This document shows, piece after piece, positions 10,068-18,770 of a stretch of 64,000 bases of DNA (its first letter is position 1; each line of letters starts with the position of its first letter). This DNA is from a virus (Duplodnaviria > Caudoviricetes). Under the pieces are notes generated by a model. That model was not told the DNA's origin. It was given only the letters and a program-made list of their open reading frames with translations, and made no database searches. A program made the translations under genes and the position numbers. The stretch covers positions 1-64,000 of the IMG/VR virus record IMGVR_UViG_3300034171_000062, one strand, 5' to 3'.

Positions 10068-10143
10068 TAACGTAGTCACTAAACACAGGAGGGAGGCCTA
10101 CGGGTCTCCCTTTATGCTGCCTCGATTCCTTGATTCAACGGAA

Positions 10144-10169
10144 TTACAAACCTATATCACACACGTGAG
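10144..10169 (+). promoter_or_regulatory. putative early promoter (TATATCA)
   Basis: ttacaaaccTATATCAcacacgtga. Confidence 0.6.
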
Positions 10170-10230
10170 TTGGTTATCCTAACCGCTTGAATCTAACTCT
10201 TTAATCCGCAATCTGTAAAAGGTAATTATC

Positions 10231-10380
10231 ATGATCGACATCAACAAAGAAAACGCAATCCTCGCTGGCGCTGGTGTAGTGGCAGGCATCGGCATTACCG
10301 CTTTGACCAACTGGGGCAGTAAGAAACTGGCGCAGCGCAAAGAAAAGAAAGTGGCGGCTAAACCCACTCAAGACAAGTAA
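10231..10380 (+). CDS. small single-TM protein, 49 aa
   Basis: Read manually: MIDINKENAILAGAGVVAGIGITALTNWGSKK...; AAGGT RBS. Confidence 0.7.
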   Translation: MIDINKENAILAGAGVVAGIGITALTNWGSKKLAQRKEKKVAAKPTQDK

Positions 10381-10391
10381 GGATACTCGCT

Positions 10392-10547
10392 ATGGGCTTT
10401 TTCAAAACCGCAGCGGCCTGTGCCTTGGGTACTGGTTTAGCGATTCACGCGCCAGCTATCTATAAAGTCGCGCTGCGACTCAGTAAGAAGTTTGAGGTGA
10501 AGGTGCGAAAGAAGCACGCTGATCCCGACGATCAGAGCGACAAGTAG
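10392..10547 (+). CDS. small single-TM protein, 51 aa
   Basis: Read manually: MGFFKTAAACALGTGLAIHAPAIYKVALRLSKK...; AAGGA RBS. Confidence 0.7.
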   Translation: MGFFKTAAACALGTGLAIHAPAIYKVALRLSKKFEVKVRKKHADPDDQSDK

Positions 10548-10556
10548 TCTCGATAT

Positions 10557-10592
10557 AGAAAAGGGGCCTGAGGGTCCCTTTTCTTTTTTTGT
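10557..10592 (+). terminator. intrinsic terminator
   Basis: agaaaagggg...cccttttc hairpin with T run. Confidence 0.7.
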
Positions 10593-10657
10593 CTTAACGT
10601 TAATTTAGACACCACTGCTACTTATTTTGACCCCCCCCCCCAAGAGAGAGGACCCAC

Positions 10658-11065
10658 ATGCCCGAAGAAACGCCCCAACCTAAATTAATGTCCGGCGATG
10701 CGATCAATTGGCGGGCTGTTCCTCAGATCAAGGTCGATTTAGACGTCATCGCTGAGAACCGACAATTACTTGATCCAAGCCGTCCATCGCATCGTCCTGT
10801 GGGTGAGCAACCCAATACAAGCGACTGGTTTCGAGCCGAGGTGGGTAAGGAACTGGTTCTTCACGTCACCGTGACCGACACCGATCTGGCGCAAGCGGTC
10901 TTGATGGCAGCCTTTGGTCCTAACTCTAGGGTCCCGGGTTTGGACATCACTAACGTTGTACTGAACCCCGAAGCCCAGACGTTGTCCAGTAACGCAGACA
11001 TGCTGCGTCAAATCGCAGACAACTTGGAAGAACAAGCCCAATCCATCCCTAACGCATTCCAATAG
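10658..11065 (+). CDS. hypothetical protein
   Basis: GAGGA RBS, 135 aa. Confidence 0.7.
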   Translation: MPEETPQPKLMSGDAINWRAVPQIKVDLDVIAENRQLLDPSRPSHRPVGEQPNTSDWFRAEVGKELVLHVTVTDTDLAQAVLMAAFGPNSRVPGLDITNVVLNPEAQTLSSNADMLRQIADNLEEQAQSIPNAFQ

Positions 11066-11082
11066 AACAAAGGTTACCCTCT

Positions 11083-11751
11083 ATGATTCTGTCTGATAAA
11101 AGTATCCGAGAACTCTGCACTGGCGATTTTGTCGCCCGACACACTGTGCCCGTAACCTTTGATAAATACGGTAAGGTAGAAACCGAGCGCATCCTTGGTG
11201 AGATTCGAAACGAGTCGGGCAAGCCCATGATCTCTCCATTCTCAAATAAGTCCGTTAAGGAAGACGAAGACGGCAACCGCATCATCTCTTGGGGGTTGTC
11301 CAGTTACGGGTATGACATCCGCTTGGCGAACGAGTTCCGCTTGTTCAGTCGTCCTAACGACGGTCGAATCATCGACCCTAAGAGTGACAACCACGACGCG
11401 TTCTCCGAAGTCATTGTGGCCGATGAGATTGTGATCCCTCCCGGTGGTCTGCTCTTAGGGCGCACGGTAGAGATGTTCAGTATCCCACGGGACCTACTGG
11501 TCATCTGTGTGGGAAAGTCGACCTATGCGCGTGTGGGGGCCCTTGTCAACGTAACGCCACTTGAACCCGAGTGGGAAGGTAACCTCGTCCTCGAGATCAC
11601 TAATGGAACCAACTTGCCCCTGAAGATATACGCCAACGAAGGCATTGCACAATTGGTCTTCCACGTGGGTGACCAAGAATGCGAAGTCAGTTATAAAGAC
11701 CGGGGTGGAAAATACCAAGGTCAAACGGGCGTCACCACGGCGAAGGTGTGA
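11083..11751 (+). CDS. dcd: dCTP deaminase
   Basis: ISWGLSSYGYDIRL, GKSTYARVG, VTPLEPEWEG, YANEGIAQ, SYKDRGGKYQGQ. Confidence 0.97.
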   Translation: MILSDKSIRELCTGDFVARHTVPVTFDKYGKVETERILGEIRNESGKPMISPFSNKSVKEDEDGNRIISWGLSSYGYDIRLANEFRLFSRPNDGRIIDPKSDNHDAFSEVIVADEIVIPPGGLLLGRTVEMFSIPRDLLVICVGKSTYARVGALVNVTPLEPEWEGNLVLEITNGTNLPLKIYANEGIAQLVFHVGDQECEVSYKDRGGKYQGQTGVTTAKV

Positions 11752-11787
11752 TCGTATTTTGGAACAACGACTACAGTAGGGGACACT

Positions 11788-12450
11788 ATGAAGGTAGACA
11801 TTGATCGTCGTCAATTTGATGACAAACACATCGTTAGTTTAATCTCTCGAGATGAGTTGACCGTCGAGTACGGTACTGGGCGACCGAGTGCATCAGAAAC
11901 CGCGGCCGTCCAGAAGTACCATCCGGATGCGCAGTTGAGTTTGTTCTTCTTTATGACCGACCCTGAAGAAGGCGACGGGTATCTGAAGCTGACGCTGAGT
12001 GGGGAGGCCATCCTTCCGTATGTTCGAGACCCCGACTATTCAAGTCACCCGATGAAGGTGCTTCTAAGCAACATCATGCAGCCACTGACCCATAAGTACT
12101 GGGTGACGTTGGATAAAATACGCATCGCTGAAGAAATGGTGGGGACCTGTCAGAAAGTGGTGTGTTACCAAGGCGAAGAAACCGAGCAGGTCAGTTACGA
12201 CAATTGGAAACTGAGACTGACCAACGTTGCCGACCTTGCGCGGAGTGATGAGACGTCGGCGCCGACCGATGCCATTGCTAACTTCACTATGGCTCACGTT
12301 AAAACCGTGCTCCTGACGCTGAGTGAACAGGCGCTAGTAGGCGCGCTCCGCACCGAAGACCTAGGAGAAGACGTTCGCCAGCGCATCATGACTCAATATC
12401 GTCTGAACGTGAAACGCAACCTAACTGAAAAGGTAAAGTCCGATGAGTGA
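11788..12450 (+). CDS. hypothetical protein
   Basis: 220-aa ORF with RBS. Confidence 0.7.
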   Translation: MKVDIDRRQFDDKHIVSLISRDELTVEYGTGRPSASETAAVQKYHPDAQLSLFFFMTDPEEGDGYLKLTLSGEAILPYVRDPDYSSHPMKVLLSNIMQPLTHKYWVTLDKIRIAEEMVGTCQKVVCYQGEETEQVSYDNWKLRLTNVADLARSDETSAPTDAIANFTMAHVKTVLLTLSEQALVGALRTEDLGEDVRQRIMTQYRLNVKRNLTEKVKSDE

Positions 12451-12721
12451 CAAGACATACCAAGACTTAGGATTGGGAGATGAAGTCCCCGATATGACCA
12501 TGTCCGAGTTGACCGTTGAGGCTCAAGCCCAGGAAGCCTTCAGTCGCTTGTCCGGTAAGGTACCTCAGGAGCTCTCAGAGCGCTTTATCCAATTGGGGAT
12601 GAATGCGTGTAAGGAGATCGCCGCCCGTCGCCCTGGTGGCCTCGTAGGCGTGGATGAGTTGGTTGTGGAGTTCGAAGGGATTCTAAGGAACCTGATCGAC
12701 GCCCAGACCCGTAACCTCTAA
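12443..12721 (+). CDS. hypothetical protein
   Basis: Overlaps the upstream stop. Confidence 0.65.
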   Translation: MSDKTYQDLGLGDEVPDMTMSELTVEAQAQEAFSRLSGKVPQELSERFIQLGMNACKEIAARRPGGLVGVDELVVEFEGILRNLIDAQTRNL

Positions 12722-12730
12722 AGGCGTTGT

Positions 12731-13390
12731 ATGGACCTTGAACTTAAAATAATCTCGATGAAAGTCGACGCCCTGGTCGAGGCCATGAATACTTTGGCAC
12801 ATCAGATGGACGTCCGACATACCGGGGTGTTGGGCACCTTCCACTCGGCACTGGAAGAGGTGGAACGTATGAAGTTCCAAGTCCTCATGGAAGGTGCCAG
12901 AGAACCTAACGGCGTCTCTGAGGGCAGCGTCCAGAATCTAGACACAGTCCAGATTAAGGAAGTTGAGGAGTTCTTGCGTCAGAGAGCCAAGGTGGTGTTA
13001 AGTCACCAAGCTGATCGTGGGTTGAAGATTCGACCCGACGACAACCACTTCAATCGATACGTGATCTATCTTGGGAAGGCCGATGTGCCTCAGTCCACCC
13101 GGAACATTAGCCGCACCCAGAATCCTCGCCTGACGTTGGAATTTGATTTCGACTACTACCGCCCCACCCACGAATGGCAGATGATTGAGAACGTCAGACT
13201 CATAGTGACCGGAGGTGAATTCGGATATCAAATACCGAACATCACTGCCCGAGTCATTCCAGATAAATTGATACGCCGAGAAACCTGGACTCAGATCGTC
13301 CGCCGTGCATTGGCCGCCATCGAGTGTCATGAGGTGATGGATGAGCTTGAAACGTACTTCCCGAAAGAAACGCCACACGAGTACGCGTGA
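12731..13390 (+). CDS. hypothetical protein
   Basis: 219-aa ORF. Confidence 0.7.
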   Translation: MDLELKIISMKVDALVEAMNTLAHQMDVRHTGVLGTFHSALEEVERMKFQVLMEGAREPNGVSEGSVQNLDTVQIKEVEEFLRQRAKVVLSHQADRGLKIRPDDNHFNRYVIYLGKADVPQSTRNISRTQNPRLTLEFDFDYYRPTHEWQMIENVRLIVTGGEFGYQIPNITARVIPDKLIRRETWTQIVRRALAAIECHEVMDELETYFPKETPHEYA

Positions 13391-13556
13391 AACCGATCGT
13401 CGGGAACTGCAAGGCTATTTCGACAAACTTCGAAAGATGCCGAACAAATCTCCCCGCGACTACGATCTCCAATTGGAACTCCAACAGGCATTAAACGCAA
13501 TGAAACTGCGGTAGACTTCGGTTTACCGCAGTTATGCCCAGTTAGATTGAAAAACA

Positions 13557-13582
13557 TTTGAGACCTATATCACACTGGTAGC
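13557..13582 (+). promoter_or_regulatory. putative early promoter (TATATCA)
   Basis: tttgagaccTATATCAcactggtag. Confidence 0.55.
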
Positions 13583-13645
13583 ACACGTGCGCCGTTTTAT
13601 CGAAATCATTCGACCATCATACGTAACCTCTAAAAGGAAATACAC

Positions 13646-13978
13646 ATGTCTATTCAACTGCACACAGAAATGGTACAGAAAGCCGCGGCTAACAATATCG
13701 CGAAATTCGGTCAAGCCGATAACCGCCTGTTAAAGATCGAGTCATGTCGGAAAATGCAAGACTTGGTCAGTCAGGTCGTGGAACGTCAAGTGGACGCCGG
13801 GGCACTGGATCACCTGAACACTCAGGAACTCCAACTCCTGGTGTCTCGCGTGAACGATCTGACCGCTGACGACTTCAAATTGGTTGAGGCCATTGTAGAG
13901 GCGCTGGTACCCAAACCCACGGGGGAAACCATCTCCTTGGAAGACGAAGGTATCAACGTTCCAGAAGACAAACAATAA
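13646..13978 (+). CDS. hypothetical early protein
   Basis: AAGGA RBS; flanked by a promoter motif and a hairpin. Confidence 0.75.
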   Translation: MSIQLHTEMVQKAAANNIAKFGQADNRLLKIESCRKMQDLVSQVVERQVDAGALDHLNTQELQLLVSRVNDLTADDFKLVEAIVEALVPKPTGETISLEDEGINVPEDKQ

Positions 13979-14042
13979 TTCATCGACGTGGAGGGGTTCG
14001 CCTCTCCACTCACCCTTTACTTTTTTTAATAAGGAAACTTAT

Positions 14043-15113
14043 ATGTCTCTTCGCGAACAGCTGTTACAAGACCGCGTCAGCGCGTTAGAAGAAGGCCTCA
14101 GGACTCTGGTTATGACGATCCAATCGCATCTGCCGGCAGCGGGTGTCCTGGCCGATTCGGCGTTGTCTTGCATCGACAATGCCCATACCCATGTGGAGCG
14201 CACCATCGCCATGAGTGTGGGCGCCAACCGAGTCAACTGTCGGATGTCTCGAGATTTTGTGTTGGATAACCAACGTCTCAATCACCTTCTGACGATTTAC
14301 ATGCCGTTACTGTTGATGTACGACAAAGACGCGCGCTTCCTTAAACAAGGCAGAACCGCCGGCGCCTATACCTTGGATCTCAATCACCTACCGCAACAAG
14401 ACATGTCGACTCAGGCACACAACACCATCGACCCCTATCACAGTCCGGCGTGCATGACCCTTCATCTCGGCTGCCGAGGCGCCAGCGATTGGTTTGTCAC
14501 TGGCATTTCTGGAACCCAACTGCACGTCGACGAGTGGGTGAGTTACCGTGTCGACTACGATGGAAGAACCATGCCGTTGTTTGAACGAGAGTTCATCGAC
14601 GTCATGAGTCATATCCTCAGAGAACTTGATCATAAGGAGGCGATGTTCAATCCGAACTTCGAACTGCACGGCAACAGGGGCGTGGAACATGCCTTAACCC
14701 TCAGTCACCACACCTGGATTCTGACTGCGAAGGTATTGGACGAAGCCATCGTGGGTCGAGGGATCGTACTTACGCCCAAATCCATCGCTAAAGAGATCAA
14801 CGCAAACATTCGAATCACATTGTGGAAAGACAACCCAGACGTGGCTCTCGAGATTACAATAGAACCCAACCACGGAGAGGCCTTCAAACTACTTGTTCCT
14901 CGCAACAGCGGTACTCTGTCTCTCTGTGCACATCGCTCGTATGACAAACCACTCACCCCCCGGGATTTAACCATCCTGGACAGAGCTCGACTCAAGCAAC
15001 TGATCGAGTTCGTCGTTGGTTTGATGAGAGGTGAATTGAGTGATCTGCTGTTTCGTGACCCCACTGGCGCGACGATTGATTGGGAGGTGACGGACATACC
15101 GCACCCGGAATAA
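14043..15113 (+). CDS. hypothetical protein
   Basis: 356-aa ORF, AAGGA RBS, terminator after. Confidence 0.75.
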   Translation: MSLREQLLQDRVSALEEGLRTLVMTIQSHLPAAGVLADSALSCIDNAHTHVERTIAMSVGANRVNCRMSRDFVLDNQRLNHLLTIYMPLLLMYDKDARFLKQGRTAGAYTLDLNHLPQQDMSTQAHNTIDPYHSPACMTLHLGCRGASDWFVTGISGTQLHVDEWVSYRVDYDGRTMPLFEREFIDVMSHILRELDHKEAMFNPNFELHGNRGVEHALTLSHHTWILTAKVLDEAIVGRGIVLTPKSIAKEINANIRITLWKDNPDVALEITIEPNHGEAFKLLVPRNSGTLSLCAHRSYDKPLTPRDLTILDRARLKQLIEFVVGLMRGELSDLLFRDPTGATIDWEVTDIPHPE

Positions 15114-15127
15114 GGATAAGTTGACAA

Positions 15128-15156
15128 CGGGGACTTCGGTCCCCTTCTTTTTTGTC
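15128..15156 (+). terminator. intrinsic terminator
   Basis: ggggac-ttcg-gtcccc with T run. Confidence 0.8.
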
Positions 15157-15217
15157 TTGATGCACATTTGTCATCGTATGGCAGAATTACACTCGATCTA
15201 AATAAAGGACACGCACC

Positions 15218-15688
15218 ATGTTACGTTCTATGATGTTTGAAGAGAACTCACCGTCGATGGAAGCAGCGGATACCACGATAGATCAGCGCATCGACGCGAT
15301 GATCAAAATGAAAGACGTCAACGATAAAAGCTTCAACGCCGTAAACTGGCAAGTGGGTATGGATCAGATCGTTGAGAAGAGCAATAAGAAGGGCGCTAAG
15401 GGACTCTACGCTTTGTTGACCAGCCCTATGGTAACCACCCTCGAAGCGACCATCAAAGACGGTTCACAGTCAGACAGCGACGTGTCTTCTAAAGACGCCC
15501 TTAATCGATTGAACGACCTGGGTCTGATGACGACCATCTCAGAGAAAGGTAAAAAGATGAACGCCGTTACTCTGATGGGCTATCAGTTCTACACACTGGC
15601 GGGAGGTAAAGCCGAGGAATCCAAGGACGACAAGGACGCGGATAAGAAAGACGACAAGAAGTCCGACGACAAGAAAGACGAGAAATAA
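15218..15688 (+). CDS. putative virion/head protein
   Basis: SMEA protease-type site near the N-terminus; D/K-rich tail. Confidence 0.6.
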   Translation: MLRSMMFEENSPSMEAADTTIDQRIDAMIKMKDVNDKSFNAVNWQVGMDQIVEKSNKKGAKGLYALLTSPMVTTLEATIKDGSQSDSDVSSKDALNRLNDLGLMTTISEKGKKMNAVTLMGYQFYTLAGGKAEESKDDKDADKKDDKKSDDKKDEK

Positions 15689-15695
15689 GTAGAGT

Positions 15696-15735
15696 CGGCA
15701 TAGGAGGAGGCCACTGGCCTCCTCCTGTTATTCCG
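15696..15735. terminator. bidirectional hairpin terminator between convergent genes
   Basis: CGGCATA-ggaggagg-ccactgg-cctcctcc-tg-TTATTCCG. Confidence 0.7.
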
Positions 15736-16093
15736 TTTTATTTTTTGCATCGTCGGTACGGCGTTGGAATTCAGCCCCCTGATCGCTGTACACCACGTTT
15801 CGGTCAAGTCCCCCGTTTTTGATGGCAGCGCTCGTGAGAAGCGCTCCAAAGGCTAAATGAAATAACCCTGACCCCTTTAGGGTGAACGGCTCATATCCTG
15901 CTGTGGCGGCTCTGATGGCCGCCTGTTGGACGTTGGAGTCCAGTCCTTGTATTTCAGTAAGAATCAACGTGAGATGTGGGCGGTTCACGCCTGCATACGC
16001 CGGGAAGATCACAAAATCACACAAACAAATTAACGAATAGATAAACGCACTGGCCGGTTTCCAATGGGTCATCATCCAATCTCGCGTTTTCAT
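15728..16093 (-). CDS. putative holin (3TM-holin-like family)
   Basis: WKPASAFIYSLICLCDFVIFP and TLKGSGLFHLAFGALL resemble the W(R/K)P...ICxxDFVxFP phage holin family. Confidence 0.6.
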   Translation of the reverse strand: MKTRDWMMTHWKPASAFIYSLICLCDFVIFPAYAGVNRPHLTLILTEIQGLDSNVQQAAIRAATAGYEPFTLKGSGLFHLAFGALLTSAAIKNGGLDRNVVYSDQGAEFQRRTDDAKNKTE

Positions 16094-16165
16094 ACATCAC
16101 CTAAAGTTACTGCGTACATACAAAACGGCATACGAGGAGGACCGAAGTCCTCCTCGTAAGTTAAC

Positions 16166-16417
16166 TCACACTCTCGGTTTACCGTGGGGACCTTGATCGG
16201 GTCCCAGGTATTCCAGTCGGTTCATGGTGTCGCGTTGCATTTCTTCAGCGCTTTCCAACAGGGCGATGATGGCGAGGTTATTGATACGGATGTGGGCGTT
16301 GATTGGACACGCGTCCGACAACTTGGCCGTTTTGTCTTTTAGTTCCTGCTGTAGTCGGGACAACAACTCCTCAAGTTTGTGTCCCTCAGGATTGTCCACA
16401 CTCATCAGTAAGGTCAT
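16166..16417 (-). CDS. hypothetical protein
   Basis: AGGA RBS; LMSVDNPEGHKLEELL N-terminus. Confidence 0.65.
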   Translation of the reverse strand: MTLLMSVDNPEGHKLEELLSRLQQELKDKTAKLSDACPINAHIRINNLAIIALLESAEEMQRDTMNRLEYLGPDQGPHGKPRV

Positions 16418-16434
16418 GTAAGTTCCTATTCCGG

Positions 16435-17955
16435 TTACGTAAAGTCAATCTCCATTCCAGCCTCGGCAGTGGTGAGGCTCTGTAGAGACGAGTCTGTGGT
16501 ATGTAGGTCGTCAGGCACGTACCCGGCTTCCTGAAACGGGATGTAGAACGAACGGTACTTCAATGGGGTTGCCTTGACGGTCCGATGCTTGCCCCGATGA
16601 ATCGCTAAGTAGTGTCGTTTGTCGCGTTCAACAATGTCCACATACACTTCCAAGTCGGCCTCGTTGGCAATCCGCTTAGAGGCGTCCCAGTAGTTCTTAC
16701 CAGCGATCTCAGCCACAAAGTTACCCACCCCTGCGCGTTTCAGTGCCATGGCCTCCTGCGACAACTGATGCGGCGTTATAAACAGAATGTTGCGCGACGA
16801 CATGAAGGTACGAACCCTCTGCATCAACAATCGAATGTCTTCACCAATCATACTAGACTGACAACCGCGCCGGTTAATCAGAGCCAGGTAATCGAAGTAG
16901 ATCGCGTGAACCTCACACCCTTCCGCTTCGTACTTCAATACGATGTTGTACAGCTCTTGATATGTGAACTCGTTCGGGTTGATCCGAATCATGTCCACGT
17001 TCCAGCCCCGAGCCGTCAGTTTCTCCGCTACGTACGCCGCTGCTTCGACTTTATCGATCTGAGAGATGTCCACCACTTTCCCGGTTTCGTTCTCTTTCAG
17101 GGCCACGTACATCCGAGTCAGGTCTTCTTCTGCTCGGTTCTCACTAGAGAAGTAGAGGATGGTGGGTTTCTTGTCGGCATCTTCTTGAATCGGATCGTTG
17201 TGTATGCACGCGTGGCGAAACAGGTCGTGCACCAACCCAGACTTGTAACAGTGAGTCAAACCACCGACCAACACAAACATCCCACGACGCATTTGACAAG
17301 ATTCGCCCAACATGCGGTTGAATGCCGCCCAGCCAGACCTAAAGCCGCCAGCGCCTTCGGTGTCTTCTTTGGCTTTTTCCAACACTTTCATTAGACTCTC
17401 CGGGTCAGACATCTTCATAAGGTTGAGAACGAACGATTCCTGTCCTTTGGCCCACCCATTAGAGTAGGCTTCCAAGTCGGCCACCAAGTTCTCGGTGTAC
17501 TTGCGCCAGTCTAATGGCTTCTTATTGTAAAACAGTTCCCGATGGGCTTTGTGGATGATCTCACGTATGGCCCACTGGTGTAGAAAGCCTTTCAATTCAC
17601 CGTGGAGACCGTTGCACAACTTCATCATAGTGTCGTCGTCGACGGCATGATAACGATCAACGTCTTCAAAGGCTTGGAAGACAGTGAAGTCGTCGCCTGC
17701 GTTTAGCCGCACCCGCTGCAGCAACGCATTAAAATCGTACGGCTCGTCTTCCGGCTGATCGCACATCCACATAACGGTTTCGCGTAAGCCTACGATCACA
17801 TTGCGTCCGCTGTCGGTCTCGGTGACTTGCTCGGGTAACTTCAAGCGTGAGACGATGTCCTGCGCCAGAGATACGGATCTGTGGCTGACGCGCTTAGAGA
17901 TGCCCTCGCAGTAGAGTAGTGTGATGATCTTAACTAGAACGAGTTTGGAATCCAT
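16435..17955 (-). CDS. dnaB: DnaB-like replicative helicase (phiKZ gp118-like)
   Basis: Variant Walker A GGLTHCYKS, YFSSEN, YFDYLAL, TPHQLS, RGKHR; divergent from the MCP as in phiKZ-like phages. Confidence 0.88.
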   Translation of the reverse strand: MDSKLVLVKIITLLYCEGISKRVSHRSVSLAQDIVSRLKLPEQVTETDSGRNVIVGLRETVMWMCDQPEDEPYDFNALLQRVRLNAGDDFTVFQAFEDVDRYHAVDDDTMMKLCNGLHGELKGFLHQWAIREIIHKAHRELFYNKKPLDWRKYTENLVADLEAYSNGWAKGQESFVLNLMKMSDPESLMKVLEKAKEDTEGAGGFRSGWAAFNRMLGESCQMRRGMFVLVGGLTHCYKSGLVHDLFRHACIHNDPIQEDADKKPTILYFSSENRAEEDLTRMYVALKENETGKVVDISQIDKVEAAAYVAEKLTARGWNVDMIRINPNEFTYQELYNIVLKYEAEGCEVHAIYFDYLALINRRGCQSSMIGEDIRLLMQRVRTFMSSRNILFITPHQLSQEAMALKRAGVGNFVAEIAGKNYWDASKRIANEADLEVYVDIVERDKRHYLAIHRGKHRTVKATPLKYRSFYIPFQEAGYVPDDLHTTDSSLQSLTTAEAGMEIDFT

Positions 17956-18126
17956 TGTCTGACCTTCAATTGTTGCGGGTTCGATTACTGACCGGAAAGA
18001 CTCCGACTCGTCAGTAATCGAAAGGGAAAATGTTCAAGCTATACCATCCCATCTTCCCATCCATTTTGAATGTTGTACCATAATGTGATGCAGACCTATA
18101 TGAACACTTAACTAGGGAGTCCCCCC

Positions 18127-18675
18127 ATGCGGCTGATTTGTATCCCAATGTGGCTCCACCAAGCCATGAATCGAGAGGGACTGGTAGAAAGCGCGTTGCT
18201 GGATCATGCGGCGCTGTCTCCCTACTTCTCCAAGAAAGACTTAGAATGCTATGATAGCTTAGTCCACGATGCGCGGGCCTATTTTGAACGCACTCTGGGT
18301 GTGACCGTTCCGGGTCACGACGAAGCTCCTGTTTATCTGGACCGCCCGTTGAATTGTTATTGCAGCAATGCTATGGAACGAACGGTAAACGAACTCGAAG
18401 GAAATGATGATTCGGACATGACTTACAACGTAATCGGGCGGCATTTGCCAGTCGGATTCCAATGGAGTTTCAATGTTCGGCCCTTAAACGGTATCGACGG
18501 CAGCGATGCAGTTGGTCTGTTTGCGTACACATTTGAAGGCACTTCCGAAGACAAGGTCGCTGCCGATAAAATGTTTTTGTCGCAACTACTGCAACTATTG
18601 TATGCACACAACCTAACCATCGATAAGCTGGCCATGACCGGTTTACTTGGAGCCTACGTTAAACGTCTGGGCTAA
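18127..18675 (+). CDS. conserved protein upstream of MCP (phiKZ gp119-like)
   Basis: Synteny; GGGAG RBS. Confidence 0.6.
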   Translation: MRLICIPMWLHQAMNREGLVESALLDHAALSPYFSKKDLECYDSLVHDARAYFERTLGVTVPGHDEAPVYLDRPLNCYCSNAMERTVNELEGNDDSDMTYNVIGRHLPVGFQWSFNVRPLNGIDGSDAVGLFAYTFEGTSEDKVAADKMFLSQLLQLLYAHNLTIDKLAMTGLLGAYVKRLG

Positions 18676-18770
18676 GCTTGTGAAGAACTTTTACCCCATT
18701 GTATAGTGGCTGTTCCCAAATATCGGCTGCTAGCCCATTAGATTTCTTTTGATCAAAGGAACCAAAAGGT

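Noticed and set aside
13341-13514. Apparent ACG-start gene after ORF 12731
   Set aside because: An in-frame ATG exists at 13341, so no unusual initiation is needed; coding status is uncertain
16612-17394. 260-aa + strand ORF
   Set aside because: Antisense shadow of the helicase
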